Notes: generated from the sequence alone by a model not told the origin. A stretch of 63,871 nucleotides of DNA, filler included, from Octopus bimaculoides (GCF_001194135.2; 6 parts of 5 records of this genome joined end to end with filler, not necessarily neighbours in it); one strand, 5' to 3'. Shown: positions 45,561 to 61,184, counted from the whole stretch's first letter. Numbers and translations are program-made.

Positions 45561-46319
45561 CATTACCTACAATTTTGAGCCCTTTTTGTTTCTGTATTTT
45601 TAACCTCAAAATTTAGCCCTCACTATATTTAGAATTTTGACCCGAACATCTTTTATCCTATAATTTCTATCTTATAATCTATATGTATAAGTGATTTTTA
45701 GACGATTTAGGCAGTTTGCCATTTTAATATTGACGTTTTTATTCCTATATTTACCAATCTCTCATTCGTTTTGCATCTCTCATATTTTTCAAGCATAACT
45801 CCTAACAGGTAATTTTTATTTATATGTAATTTTATATGTATTTTTATATATTTTATATAACTTCTATATCTTTCTGTATGTTTGGTTTTATATTCTTTAT
45901 ACCCTTGGAGAATTTTGTACCTGTACATGGATGAATTAATGCTGATGTGTATAAACATATATGCTTCAACTACTTTGGTTGAATGATTTCATTTATGTGT
46001 TCGGTAATCTGTTTGACTGCCTAAACTTCGCATTTTCAATTTTCTCTACCCTATATTTTTTCGCCTTACACTCCGTAAACAGCCCATATATTTTAAAATA
46101 TATTTAAAATATATTTGATAATATATATATATATATANNNNNNNNNNNNNNNNNNNNNNNNNNNNNNNNNNNNNNNNNNNNTTAATTAATTAANNNNNNN
46201 NNNNNNNNNNNNNNNNNNNNNNNNNNNNNNNNNNNNNTATATATATATATATTTATATACATATACATATTTATATACATATATACATATATAATGTTAT
46301 ATTAAATAATATATATACA

Positions 46320-46610
46320 AGATTGACGACTATCCAGCTTCACCAAGTTAAGAACATGAAGCAAGAATCACTACAATTACGACCGACAAAACAATGTTCG
46401 ACGAATAAACACCACTCTACAATGAAGCCATAAAACTGAACAGATTCAAAGAAAGAAAATTTACTATATACACCAAAGCCACATAAATGGCCCACAAATG
46501 AAATATAACAAGAAAAAGAAACATCACCTAATTCAACCCACCCTGCAGCCTAAACGTATCGATAAATACGGCAAAAACCTTTCTAAATCTTCCCAGTCTA
46601 TCATATAATC
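46320..46610 (+). mobile_element. Penelope-like linker fragment
   Basis: RLSS...YNEA.K...RKRNIT*FNPPCSLNVS...K.FLNL matches the RKRNIIWFNPP.S.NV.TN.GK.FL.L motif of PLEs. Confidence 0.7.
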
Positions 46611-46692
46611 AAACACTTTTAAATCTAATCTAGGTACCACAACCTAATCAACATTAATTTTAACTAGAGATGCACAAGCTAAAATAAAACAC

Positions 46693-46764
<72 letters not shown>

Positions 46765-47251
46765 GACAGAGACAGAGAGAGAGAGACAGAGAGAGACAGA
46801 GACAGACAGACAATCAGAGATAGATAGATAGATAGATAGACAAAGCTTACAGATGACAACTAATGAAATTATAATCGAACAAAGCAATGATCGTTAAGTG
46901 GAAATCGATAAAAAAGAAATGAATCTAGAAAGCAATGGCAGCATTGCTGGAGATACAAACTGATAAAACTACATCGGAACAATCAAAAGACGGTTAAAAG
47001 TCAAATGCCTACATCACTACATGCACTCGGCCCACAGTATTTATAGAAGAACTGACCATATCTATTTCAAATTACATTTGGAACTAACGTTAAAATATTA
47101 TAATGGAAACATAAATAAATTGTTGCGGGATATGATTGTGTACTGTTGTGAAAATAGTGTTACATAATAAATATGACTGCAGAACAGAAAAAAAAAGGTG
47201 ATATCGTGTTGTACTCATGGGATAATTAATTTTAAAAAACTAATGCGAATT

Positions 47252-47640
47252 GTTGTTGTTGGCACTCCGTCGCTTACGACGTCGAGGGTTCCACTTGATC
47301 CGATCAACGGAACAGCCTGCTCGTGAAATTAACGTGCAAATGGCTGAGCACTCCACAGACACGTGTGCCCTTAATGTAGTTCTCGGGATATTCAGCGTGA
47401 CACGGTGTGACAAGGCTGACCCTTTGAATTACAGGCACAACAGAAACAGGAAGAAAGAGTGAGAGAAAGTTGTGGTGAAAGAGTACAGCAGGGTTCGCCA
47501 CCATCCCCTGCCGGAGCCTCGTGGAGCTTTAGGTGTTTTCGCTCAATAAACACTCGCAACGCCCGGTCTGGGAATCGAAACCGCGATCCTATGACCGCAA
47601 GTTCGCTGCCCTAACCACTGGGCCATTGCGCCTCCACTCT
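47252..47640 (-). mobile_element. Full-length tRNA-derived SINE (tRNA-Arg-like head, possibly octopus OR-type) with (AAC)n tail and 12-bp TSD
   Basis: Minus strand GTGGAGGCGCAATGGCCCAGTGGTTAGGGCAGCG...GGTTTCGATTCCC; tail (CAA)n; TSD CTAATGCGAATT at 47240-47251 and 47641-47652. Confidence 0.9.
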
Positions 47641-48056
47641 CTAATGCGAATTACAAGCAAGGTAAACAACGAATATCGCATGTGAAAATGTATTTATATA
47701 AACATAAAGTATCTTTGTCGTTTGAAAGGGGAGTAGAAATCGCTACAACGACACGCAATGCGACAGTTGACTAATTATTTGAGCCCCACAAAACAGGGCA
47801 ACAGTAGATGCGCACGTACTAACTGAACTACTTTAGATTCGCATGAAATCCGGTGAGGGATTTTCCGATGAAATACCATTTTATGGGCTAGATATTTTCT
47901 GCAACATATGCTGTCCATTAAAAAAAAAAATGCACTTAATGCCTTTCTTTGACATACATACAGAGATGCATAAATACACACAGATATATTTGCATGCATA
48001 AAGTATACATATAAATCTATATGTGTAGTTTATACGTATATAAATATATGCGTGTG

Positions 48057-48088
<32 letters not shown>

Positions 48089-48114
48089 CACACGTATATA
48101 AATATATGCGTGTG

Positions 48115-48160
<46 letters not shown>

Positions 48161-49648
48161 TATTTATGCACTCGTATATGTATATGTGAAAATGTATACG
48201 TGAAGGCTTCTATAGATGAATACGTAGGCAACTTATGAAATAATATAGGAAAAAGATGGAGAGGCGAGAGAAAATATGAAGAAATAGAGAAAAAAGAAAG
48301 ACAGGTATTTCAATTGACTTCAATAAGCTTCAATATTTCGGAGAACGCAGGTGTGGACTTTTGAATCGATCTATTTGTTCTATTCAATTAGTTACTCTAC
48401 ATCAACCACCCTGCTTGACTTTCTGCCTCTACCACACCAGTTTCTTCGACACTTGCACAATATTTTCAAACAATTATCACCATAGTGAACTGAATGGCAC
48501 CACGCGGCTGCTTATGCATGTTTGTATGCTTGAATGAATTTGTGCGGGTACATGAATTTAGGACCCTATGACACATATATATACACATACACATACACAC
48601 AGAGATATGCAACCGCATATATTCTTTACGAATGCATTCCCAAATGTACTCTGTCTCTCATTCTTATCTGTGTATAAATGTATGCATGTGTATACGCGCA
48701 CATAACCGTGTAAAAACACACAGGTGCGCGTATATATATATATATATATATACAGAGAGAGAGAGAAATATGTATATGTAGGTGTATGCTCACATGCGTA
48801 TTTACATACAAGTGTATGCGTGTATGCTTATATATTCCTATTTTAGATATTCATGAGTGCAAACAAGCATGCATACACATATACATGCACACACAAACAC
48901 ACCCATATACATGCATACAGTTACATACAAATACACATGTATATCTATCTATATATGCACATCAATATGTATCTATATGTACACGCAAATATATGCATGC
49001 ATATATATATGCATATATATAAATATAAATATATNNNNNNNNNNNNNNNNNNNNNNNNNNNNNNNNNNNNNNNNNNNNNNNNNNNNNNNNNNNNNNNNNN
49101 NNNNNNNNNNNNNNNNNNNNNNNNNNNNNNNNNNNNNNNNNNNNNNNNNNNNNNNNNNNNNNNNNNNNNNNNNNNNNNNNNNNNNNNNNNNNNNNNNNNN
49201 NNNNNNNNNNNNNNNNNNNNNNNNNNNNNNNNNNNNNNNNNNNNNNNNNNNNNNNNNNNNNNNNNNNNNNNNNNNNNNNNNNNNNNNNNNNNNNNNNNNN
49301 NNNNNNNNNNNNNNNNNNNNNNNNNNNNNNNNNNNNNNNNNNNNNNNNNNNNNNNNNNNNNNNNNNNNNNNNNNNNNNNNNNNNNNNNNNNNNNNNNNNN
49401 NNNNNNNNNNNNNNNNNNNNNNNNNNNNNNNNNNNNNNNNNNNNNNNNNNNNNNNNNNNNNNNNNNNNNNNNNNNNNNNNNNNNNNNNNNNNNNNNNNNN
49501 NNNNNNNNNNNNNNNNNNNNNNNNNNNNNNNNNNNNNNNNNNNNNNNNNNNNNNNNNNNNNNNNNNNNNNNNNNNNNNNNNNNNNNNNNNNNNNNNNACG
49601 CACTAGCATACATACATCTGTACATGTATGTGCATCTGTGTGTGTGCA

Positions 49649-49690
<42 letters not shown>

Positions 49691-49777
49691 ATTCTCTCTC
49701 TTTCTGTATGTACACACACACACACACACATATATGTATGCATATACACAAAAACAAATATACATATACACACATAT

Positions 49778-49820
<43 letters not shown>

Positions 49821-50789
49821 TATTCATATTGTATATTTATGTTTATATGTAAGTATCTATATGCATGTATTTGTATATGTATACCACTATACCATATTTG
49901 CAATCCAGTATGACTTAGTAGCATGTACTATGCTTTCACTAATTGTTTTAGGTGCTTATGTAGTCACTAACTGACATAGACACACTCTGGAGTCTTCCAC
50001 CCGCCACCCAGAAGAATATCTAGTATGTGACTGCTGGATAGAAACAGAGCACTCAGTTAAAATCCTGACACAGGGTGAGTATACCTGAAATGAAGTGCAT
50101 TGGTTAAAGACGCAATGCTTCACGCCAGTTCAGGAATCGAAGTTTCTACATTACGATCGCGAGGTCAATTGCCTAACCCCGAAAGCATATATGCTCATAT
50201 AGATAAATATATCTACGATAATTGGTCATCTACCTGTTCAAAGTAAATTCGTCTTCTGACGATTACTTGTCATAATGATACTATCCTAAACTTTGAAGTC
50301 TTCCGTTTGCACTTCATGAAATATTAGAAATACATCCATAAATATAATGACAGCATACATATTTTTTTCAAGTCGGTGTGCTGGGTTCAAAGAAAGAGGC
50401 AAGACCGAAATACACACACACAAAGAAAGTTGTTAGTGGTAGGAAATTTGAATATTAGTCAAATCAGCAGGTTCCAAACTTGAAATATTCCAAAGATCAA
50501 TTCCCTCTGTTCCTGACAAAAATCTTACAACTCCTAATATATACAATATATACAATATGCATATACTTGTAACATCAGATTGCTAACAGCTACACTTTCC
50601 TATGCTGAGGAATATGATGTGTGTACGAATCTATTTGTGTCTATGTGTACATGTTTCTGAGAGTATGCATAGAAGTTAATAATATGTATTACGTAACTAT
50701 AAACCTATGTAACTGACGATGATGATATATGCTGGTGCGTTTAATTATTTAAATTGAATATATAAAACTTCTTGTAAATTTAAGGGTAA

Positions 50790-50820
<31 letters not shown>

Positions 50821-51596
50821 AAGATATATAGATATACTTATATATACATATGTATATCTATAAATGCACACACCCATAGCTACACAGCCACACAGGAACA
50901 CAACATTATGTCGATACTAGACCTGCCATATAAACTTGTTCGTTCGGTATATTATGCACAAAGTTACAATATATGCATAAAACACACACACACACACACA
51001 CAAATATATGTACATTCATATATACATATACATATGTATATATATATGTATATATATATGTGTGTGTGTGTCTGTGTGTGTGTAACCAAATAGGCATATA
51101 CAATCAGATTTATACAAAAACAGAAGTATCTAAGCGCGCGTGGATCTATCTATCTATGTATGCATGTACATACACGAATGCAAGAATGCATAAGTGAAGG
51201 GATGAAAAAAGAAAATATAAACAACATATCAGTGCACTTGAAAGCAAATGCATTATTATCATTGGTATTGTTGTTGTTGTTGTTGGTGATGGTGATGGTG
51301 ATGGTGAGTGATCTTGTTGCTTATATGATTAAAGACAGCAAAAACAAAAGTTAGCAAAATGAAATTAAAAGCTAAATAAAACAGAAAAGACACACACACA
51401 CACACAAAAAAAAGAAAAAAAATATGAAATTTAAATGACAGGAAAGGCAATAACAACAACTACACCAACAATATAAATGAGACAAAATACAGAGAACTTC
51501 AGAAATATTTAATAAAATATATATATATATATATAAATATATTTTATAAAAAAAACTTAAATGTAAAGAAAAACCAAAAAAGGACAAAAAAGTCAC

Positions 51597-52225
<629 letters not shown>

Positions 52226-52345
52226 ATTTGTATCACCAACCCTAATACCATCACCACTATCATATGCATCTTCAAGCTTCGTCGTCGGTTTCGTATCTGT
52301 TTGTTGCCGTTGTTGTTGCTCATATTAGTCCATTTTATTGCTTAC

Positions 52346-52379
<34 letters not shown>

Positions 52380-52559
52380 ATCTTTATTACATCTTCATCT
52401 ACGTCGTCATCATCACTTCTTTCGCTTCTTGACTTTATTTCGACTTAAGTCTTCTGCTTACATACGCATAAACACGTAAGTGTATATATATATATATATA
52501 TGCACAGATACATGCCTATATGTATACATTTAAACAAACACACACGCACGTACAGGCAT

Positions 52560-52603
<44 letters not shown>

Positions 52604-53532
52604 NNNNNNNNNNNNNNNNNNNNNNNNNNNNNNNNNNNNNNNNNNNNNNNNNNNNNNNNNNNNNNNNNNNNNNNNNNNNNNNNNNNNNNNNNNNNNNNNN
52701 NNNNNNNNNNNNNNNNNNNNNNNNNNNNNNNNNNNNNNNNNNNNNNNNNNNNNNNNNNNNNNNNNNNNNNNNNNNNNNNNNNNNNNNNNNNNNNNNNNNN
52801 NNNNNNNNNNNNNNNNNNNNNNNNNNNNNNNNNNNNNNNNNNNNNNNNNNNNNNNNNNNNNNNNNNNNNNNNNNNNNNNNNNNNNNNNNNNNNNNNNNNN
52901 NNNNNNNNNNNNNNNNNNNNNNNNNNNNNNNNNNNNNNNNNNNNNNNNNNNNNNNNNNNNNNNNNNNNNNNNNNNNNNNNNNNNNNNNNNNNNNNNNNNN
53001 NNNNNNNNNNNNNNNNNNNNNNNNNNNNNNNNNNNNNNNNNNNNNNNNNNNNNNNNNNNNNNNNNNNNNNNNNNNNNNNNNNNNNNNNNNNNNNNNNNNN
53101 NNNNNNNNNNNNNNNNNNNNNNNNNNNNNNNNNNNNNNNNNNNNNNNNNNNNNNNNNNNNNNNNNNNNNNNNNNNNNNNNNNNNNNNNNNNNNNNNNNNN
53201 NNNNNNNNNNNNNNNNNNNNNNNNNNNNNNNNNNNNNNNNNNNNNNNNNNNNNNNNNNNNNNNNNNNNNNNNNNNNNNNNNNNNNNNNNNNNNNNNNNNN
53301 NNNNNNNNNNNNNNNNNNNNNNNNNNNNNNNNNNNNNNNNNNNNNNNNNNNNNNNNNNNNNNNNNNNNNNNNNNNNNNNNNNNNNNNNNNNNNNNNNNNN
53401 NNNNNNNNNNNNNNNNNNNNNNNNNNNNNNNNNNNNNNNNNNNNNNNNNNNNNNNNNNNNNNNNNNNNNATACACATGCCCATACTGTTACATATATGTT
53501 AGACCTCACATAAGACAGGTACACTCTAAAAC

Positions 53533-53563
<31 letters not shown>

Positions 53564-54275
53564 TACGCCCGCGCGTATACATACCACTGTGCACACAGAC
53601 AGACATTTATAACCGAATCGAGAGTTATATTAAAATTACATATATGACATATGTAGAGAAAAAAAAAAGTTTTTCTTTACACATATTCTTCCTCAAACCA
53701 TTTTCTCAGGTTCATTATTATTATTAATATTATTATCGTTGTTATTGTTGTTGTTGTTGTTTTCTTTGTATTACTTGTAGTTTTAGGTGCTGTTGTTTTG
53801 TTCTTAGAGTTACTTTTCTTTTCTGAGCGCACCATTTTAATTCTTTGCTCATTTTCTAAGGCATTGCTTCAGCAATGACTAGTCTGTTTAAACTTGTTCT
53901 CTTCTCCCATTCTCTCTCTCACACCACAAAACCTGGCTGGCTGGCGCTCTGTGTTATTCATTTATTATTAGATTGTAAATATGACAAAATATAAAAATAC
54001 TGCCACCAAACTAGTAAATACATTGCACATACACGATCGAAAGTATGTGCAACTACAATCACACACACACAAGTATATATCTGTAGATAGATGCAGTCAT
54101 GCGTATGTCTGTATAAGAATGTTATCTATGTAATGTATACATAAATGCAGACGCGAATACGTACATACAATCATTACATACATACATACATATAATATAT
54201 GTATACATAAATACGTACGCACACAAATACACAAATATACAAGCATACATATATATGTATGTCTCTCTCTCTCTC

Positions 54276-54342
<67 letters not shown>

Positions 54343-54700
54343 NNNNNNNNNNNNNNNNNNNNNNNNNNNNNNNNNNNNNNNNNNNNTTAATTAATTAANN
54401 NNNNNNNNNNNNNNNNNNNNNNNNNNNNNNNNNNNNNNNNNNGTTAGTGGAATAACGTGTACATATACATCTATATGTATACATATACATCTCTCTCTCT
54501 CTCTCTCTTTCTCTCTTTCTCTCTCTGTGAAAGTATCTGTCACTACAGTATCGAAATGTGATTGTTTCAGTTAGTGGAATAGTTTCATTTTTAAAGTGAA
54601 AGATTTGACATGAGTGTTTTTGTTACACTTTTGACACGTAATACTTAAATAGTGGAGAAGATATTATGTTGCCGTGGGCTCGAATTCTGCAAGAAGTTAA

Positions 54701-54740
<40 letters not shown>

Positions 54741-55794
54741 CTGTGAGTGTATTATATAGATATATGAGCATTATGTGCATATGTTTATATGTGTGTGTGT
54801 GAGTGAGTGTGTGTTTGTGTGTTTCAGAAATTAGAAATTCACACATCTGCATCTTAAGACGTTGACCTTCCTTTCGTGAAAGCGTGGGATGTAATCTGAA
54901 ACGCATTTTGAGTATATGTTTAGCAGGTGAAGCAACTAAAAGTACTTCACTTAAAACTACATTATCTTATACACCTTTACTTTATTTAAAGGGTCTGGGT
55001 ATAATTTGAGGGTGATTTAATTACATTTTAATTGGTCCAACGACCAATAAGCGACCCACATCGGACTATCCACTGTTATTTATAACATTATTAGGGAAAT
55101 TGGGTGAAATTTGAGGTCTATTTGGGTGATAACTTTAGCAAGCCGGACAACAAATCCAGGCACTCTTCTTATGCTTCATCTTTCTTCTGATTTTATAATT
55201 TATTTGTTTAAGAATTGTGTGTTCTTGAGATTATCAGAGGGAAGACATAAACCGAAGATGAAGTATTCAAGATGGCAAAAGATCTGAGAAAATATTCAAA
55301 ACTTAAAGAGAGAATTTGAAATTATTTTGACAGGCGTTTCTTTGTGGAAATAAGTTTGTACGTATGTATGTATGTCTGTATGTATGTATGTATGTACTTA
55401 CGTACGTATATATGTGTGTATGTATGTATGTATCTATAATGTATTTATGCATGCCTGTGTGTATGTACGTACGCATGTATGTACGCATTTACGTACGTGC
55501 ATATTCATGTATGGATGCATGTATGTATGTGTGTGTTTGTATGTATGCGTGTATGTCTGTATGTACATGTGCCTGTATGCGTGTATTTATGTAAGTACGT
55601 ACATATGCGTGTATGTATGTTTGTTACGTATGTATGTCTGAATGTATGTCTCAATGTATTTATACGAGTATATATGCGTAAATGTTGCGTGTGTGTATGT
55701 ACGGATGTATGAATGTATATAGATATCTCTGTACGTGTATATGTAAATGCTTATGTTGCGTGTGTGTATGTATAAATGTCGGTATGTATGTGTG

Positions 55795-55995
55795 TTTGTG
55801 TGTATCTTTGTGTTTGTTCCCTACATCCAATGACATCCTATTGTGGTGTCTTATGTATCCGTAACTTAGCAGTTCGACAGACGTAAGCGGCAGTGGGAGT
55901 ACTAGTCGTAAAAAGGAAAAACAAAAATATGTAACTGTGCTCTTCTAGGTGGTGCTCCAGCATAGCCGCAGTATAATGACTGAAACAAGCAAAAA
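55795..55995 (+). mobile_element. Degenerate family-A SINE body and tail after a long TA/TG low-complexity tract (55350-55800)
   Basis: TCCGTAACTTAGCAGTTCG...GGTGGTGCTCCAGCATAGCCGCAGT..AATGACTGAAACAAG. Confidence 0.7.
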
Positions 55996-56119
55996 GAGCA
56001 GATTTAACAGACAAAATAGTTTACAGAAGCTGCTAACAGGAAACAAAAATGTCTGTTAAAAAAGAAAGAGGAAAAGCAAGAAAAGAATGCGTGGATTGTG
56101 TAATATTTCCAGAATCGGA

Positions 56120-56720
56120 AAGGCGCAGTGAGGTGGCAGAAACGTTAGCACACCGGGCGAAATGCTTAGCGGTATTTCGTCTGCCATAACGTTCTGAGCT
56201 CAAGTTCCGCCGAGGTTGACTTTGCCTTTCATCCTTTCAGGGGCCATAAATTAAGTACCAGTTACGCATTGGGGTCGATGTAATCGACTTAATCCCTTTG
56301 TCTGTCTTTGTTTGTCCCCTCTATGTGTAGCCCCTTGTGGGCAATAAAGAAATAAGAAACGTTAGCACGCCGAGCGAAATGCTTAGCGGTTTTTCGTCTG
56401 ACTTTACGTTCTGAGTTCAAATTGGGTCGAGGTCAACTTTGACTTTCATCCCTTCGGGGTCGATAAATTAAGTACCAGTTGCGTACTGAGGTCAATCTAA
56501 TCGACTGGACCCGTTCCCCAAAATTTCGGGCTCTGTGCCTAGAGTACAAAGAAATGTTTAAGGCGGTGAGCTAGCCGAAAAGTTAGCACGCCGGGCGAAA
56601 TTCTTAGCAATATTTCGTCTGGCTAGACGTCCCGTGTTCAAATTTACCGAGATTGACTATACCTTACATCCTTTCGCGGTCGATAAATTAAATTAAGTAC
56701 CAGTTGCGTACTGGGGTCGA
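56120..56720 (+). mobile_element. Dimeric family-B SINE (56120-56555) followed by a third, 3'-truncated monomer (56560-56720)
   Basis: Monomer, linker TTTGTCCCCTCTATGTGTAGCCCCTTGTGGGCAATAAAGAAATAAGAAAC, monomer; mirrors 4090-4519. Confidence 0.85.
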
Positions 56721-57212
56721 GCGTTCATGCTAGAAACAACAGCTAAATTCTATTAAAATCATACTGTAAATTTATTCATAGAATGAAACGGGGGCTTAGA
56801 ATAAAACATTAATAGAAACATATGTATCTAAAAAAAAATGGAGGAATTTACTTGTCGCGACTACGTCTCGATTTGCTTTTATTTATATGCCTGTCTGGCC
56901 AGGGATTGCTGTTGGGTACATAACAACAGTGACGTCACTTTAATTCTTTCACCGACCCCCACTAACCACCTCTCTGTCTGCAGTTTTCTTTAATTAGCAT
57001 TATTACTCAATAAACTCCCGCAGACGCTCCGAAAAGCATCTCACCTTCATCCTAGGAATGTCTGCTCTGCAAGATCCAAATACATTCTGCCGTCTCATAA
57101 TTCTTCTCTTTCAGCCTTCTACACCCAAATTCACTTTTTCCCAAACTCGTATTTAGCATCATTTTTTCCTTCTGTTCTTTCAATTAAGAATATTCGGCAT
57201 TTAAATGTTTTC

Positions 57213-57276
57213 TATTCATATAGGGGTGTCTATATAGGGGTGTTATATTCATATAGGGGTGTCATATAGGGGTGTC
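57213..57276 (+). repeat. Four-copy minisatellite of ATATAGGGGTGT(C)
   Basis: Direct reading. Confidence 0.85.
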
Positions 57277-58391
57277 TATAATGTTTGTATAAATGAATGA
57301 GTACAGTTTTAAGTATTTAAACATGTTACGGCAAAATTAAAACCGAACCTCAAATTTACTCGTCTTACAAAACGTTTTAACTGAATATGCAATGTTCACC
57401 GATTCACATCGTGATCGTAATTGAAACCGCATCCGGCAAAGGTAAAAAGAAAAATATGTGTATGATAAAACAGCTACAATGTAGCTAATGTTTTATTGCG
57501 GGCAAAGATTTTCTAGAAGCGTGTCGTATGAGTTTTGAGTCCTCATCAGGCGGGTCGCACTATTAAAACCATTCAAAGTAATTTTTCGTTAGGCGTGCCA
57601 TTCAGGAAGTCCCGCGTGTTGCAGTTTACTAAATGTTGGGCTCCATGAAGACCCAATTCCTACCTGCCTGATTTTACTAGCAACAGGAATTCGCAGAAAA
57701 AAAAAAAAACATGAGAGGTTTTTCTTCCTCTTCTGACACCTTGAATTCGTAATCGCTATATCCTCTGTTCAATCCTCCTGATGAGAACTCTAGGCAAGTC
57801 CTGGGTCGCCCCAAACCATTTGATTGAAACTTGTGTAAGTTAGAACGAAATTGTATGGAAGACCTTCAGATGGATTCTACCTGTAATTCAAACACCAGTT
57901 TTGTCATGCATTATGATGCGTTGATTTAGCCTGATTGTTGCTTTAAAGATTACAAATATCTGTGGAATACTCAGCCACTTAAACTAACAATTCAATAAGT
58001 TAGCAGTTCAATCGCTCGGCCAACAGAAGTAGGGGTTACGCTTCTTCAAGGGAAGAGCGACTCTTTTGCCTTTTATTATTCTCCGTGTTCTGAGTGTTTC
58101 TGCGTTCAATGTTTTTGAGTTTCGATTCCTTTGCTCAAACGTTAAGCTTATTTACTCGCATTATTTTAGGAATCATCTCGTGACTTTCACACTTCAGTGA
58201 CGTAATTATTTCTTTTTAGAATGGCATTGTTGGATTGGTGTGAGAGGCTGGATATGGTGAGGACTAACACCACTTGAAACTTTGATTATAGAAATGAAGG
58301 CTGGAGGTTGCCAAACGGTGGTGGGAGACAAGCACAGACACAATGGGGAATGCAAACCCTCTCTCTCTCTCTCTCTCTCTTTCACTCTCTG

Positions 58392-58504
<113 letters not shown>

Positions 58505-58774
58505 CTGTCTTGCCCGCATACGGTTTGGTATTTCGCTGAATTTCATTTGAGAACTATCAGGTCTTAGTAGGCACAATACATGTGATCTTCTTCTCGCGCA
58601 TTAACAGTCCACTTAGTGGTCGTCGTTATATATACACATATACATTAATCCCTTGAGATCTCATGTATTGTTTTCTGAATCTCTCTTATTCTTTCAATGT
58701 GCTTGCTTCCTGGCAATAAATCGATATTAATTAATATCTGATTTTTAACCCTATGTTTTAATATATATATATAT

Positions 58775-58915
58775 GCACACGACGGGCTTCCGCACAATTT
58801 CCGTCTTGCAAATTCACTCTGAAAGCATTGGTTGACCCGGCACCATGTACTAGTAGTTGAACCCAAACCCACGTAGTTGTAGAGCGAGCCTCTTAACCAC
58901 ACAGCCCAACCTACG
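58775..58915 (-). mobile_element. Degenerate family-A-like SINE head
   Basis: ACGACGGGCTTCCGCAC...AAATTCACTC...AAGCATTGGT...TTAACCACACAGCC...ACGCCT. Confidence 0.6.
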
Positions 58916-59109
58916 CCTTTTTATATGAAGATCTTTTTTTTTATTAATGGCCCTCAAGGGTCAAGGAGGGCGATGTCATTGAAGTAAAGTGCTTTTGTTA
59001 TGGGGAATTTCCAATAATTATGTCCTTTGACTCGGAAATATGGCCGACGTTTTACTGCAGAAATAAAAAACAAAATGGAGTTGTTTATTGCGACAGATGT
59101 GAACACATA

Positions 59110-59215
59110 CCACCACCACCACCACCACCACCATGATCATCACTGTCACCATCACCACAACCACCGCCACCACCATCGCTGTATCCATCCCCATCCCCAC
59201 CACCACAACTATCTA
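59110..59215 (+). repeat. (CAC/CAT)n low-complexity tract
   Basis: Direct reading; source of the spurious poly-His ORF. Confidence 0.9.
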
Positions 59216-59368
59216 TTTCAACTATTAGCAACATTACGACTATTTTACCGACACCGCCACCATCGTCGACATAATAGGAACTATCTCCTCCGCATTCATT
59301 CCTACCACACTACACCGTCATCACACCCATCCGCTTTGCCACCATCTCAGCCAATATCATTATCACAT

Positions 59369-59424
<56 letters not shown>

Positions 59425-59552
59425 AAACACACAAACACATACAGACAATAACACACGCTTCGTACATATTTCCACTGGCGCACACGCACACACAAACACA
59501 CATAGACGCACCTATACATACATATATACATACATACACACACACATACATA

Positions 59553-59671
<119 letters not shown>

Positions 59672-59793
59672 CACATATAAATACCCACACTCACACACAA
59701 ACACACACAGATACAAGTATACATACATATATAAATACACTCTCACGTATATAGAAGTAGAAGCACGCACATATATGCATTGACACACATGTG

Positions 59794-59893
<100 letters not shown>

Positions 59894-60373
59894 AAGCGCG
59901 CAATCGTTACCATCACCAAACACAACACACCAAAAGCAATCATTTCAAAAGGTTTGCTTTGGTTGAGGCCGAAAGAATTTTCATGGATTTAATCGTAAAA
60001 AAGAAAATACGAATAAACCTCTTTCACAAACCTTTATTTTATTATTTCCTCCGATCCTTTCGTTGAAGTGATTGACAATAAAATAACATAAAATGCAGGT
60101 TAGAAACAAACCGGTGATACATGAAAGTAAAAGGATATACGTCGGTTTCGACGAGCACATTCCACGTATTTGATTAACTAAACTGCCCACATAGTGAATT
60201 ATTATAAATATGGCTGATATTTCTGAAGTCATTAGTTCACCTACTAATAGACACAAATCGCACTCAGAAAATTGTGATATAGCTGAACCTTGAAATTAGA
60301 ATTACACTCCATTATGTTCTGTGTGTTGGGGTTCAATTTGACAGTTTGCATAAAAGGGAAAAGAAACACAATA

Positions 60374-61150
60374 CAGTTAACTGTCGATTATCCGGCATCG
60401 TTGGCACCTGGAGAGTGCCGGATTAGTGATTGTACTGGATTATCGCCTTCACTGTAATCACACTCGTATTCCAGTCCGATTTCTTCACTGGAATGTTTTT
60501 GGTTGTTCTTTCACAAGATCACCTGATAGATTGACACCTTCACTTTCACGCAATGTAAACCACTTCATCAATGCCTGATCGAGTTCTACACTTTAACCAG
60601 CCTTCATTGTTTTCCTTTTACACATCTGTCTCTTTGATTCACTGTTAGCAAAGAAACCGTGTAACTGGCCTTTCTGTTTGTTTGTGTTTTATGTCGAAGA
60701 TCCAGTGTTGTATAAATCACACAATCTTTTCACAGACACACCGCTGTCAAGATTTTTCAACAGTTCAACTCCTTTTCTTCTATGGACAATGCTTACGCTT
60801 TAACTCCATGAGAAGCACTTCTTTTATGCATTGGAACCGTGGCTGGGGTTTAAAGTGAAAAAGGAAAAATAAGAAATGAAAGAAACCAAACTAAAAAGGC
60901 CTACCTTTGTCTACAAATGATGCGAGTGCATAGCAATATATTTACCTTCAATTCTATAATTATATACCGCCTTTCAAGGACCAACAGATGTTTCAGTTGC
61001 ACCAATTAGTAACCGGTGCAGTGGCAAACCGGTGCAGACTCTCCAGAGTCTTAACTTGACATCCCTCGGTATGGCCGTTTAATGATTTACTCTTATAAAC
61101 TCTGCGGTGTATTAAGTAGAGTTGTCCGTTAAGTCAGAGGCGAACAGTCT
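60374..61150 (-). mobile_element. Tigger/pogo non-autonomous deletion derivative carrying only the CENP-B-like HTH region; end near 61150 uncertain
   Basis: TA-CAGTTAACTGTCGATTATCCGGCA TIR at 60372-60397; minus strand KRK.LSIEEK.ELLKNLDSGVSVKRLCDLYN.G.ST...KRKTMK....ELDQALMKWF..RESEGV..SG..VKEQ...EIGL. Confidence 0.8.
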
Positions 61151-61152
61151 AT

Positions 61153-61184
<32 letters not shown>

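Noticed and set aside
56925-56990. Palindromic CRE site (AGTGACGTCACT) and a branchpoint-plus-acceptor motif
   Set aside because: Single short motifs with no gene context; all frames close immediately downstream.
57495-57560. CTGATGAG on the minus strand (also plus-strand 10458, 35463, 57778) as further hammerheads
   Set aside because: No stem II followed by GAAA and no closing stem I could be built.
60000-60240. Weak resemblance (NERIGGNNKIKVCE) to Merlin/IS1016 transposase
   Set aside because: Only a few residues match; no DDE motif or TIRs.
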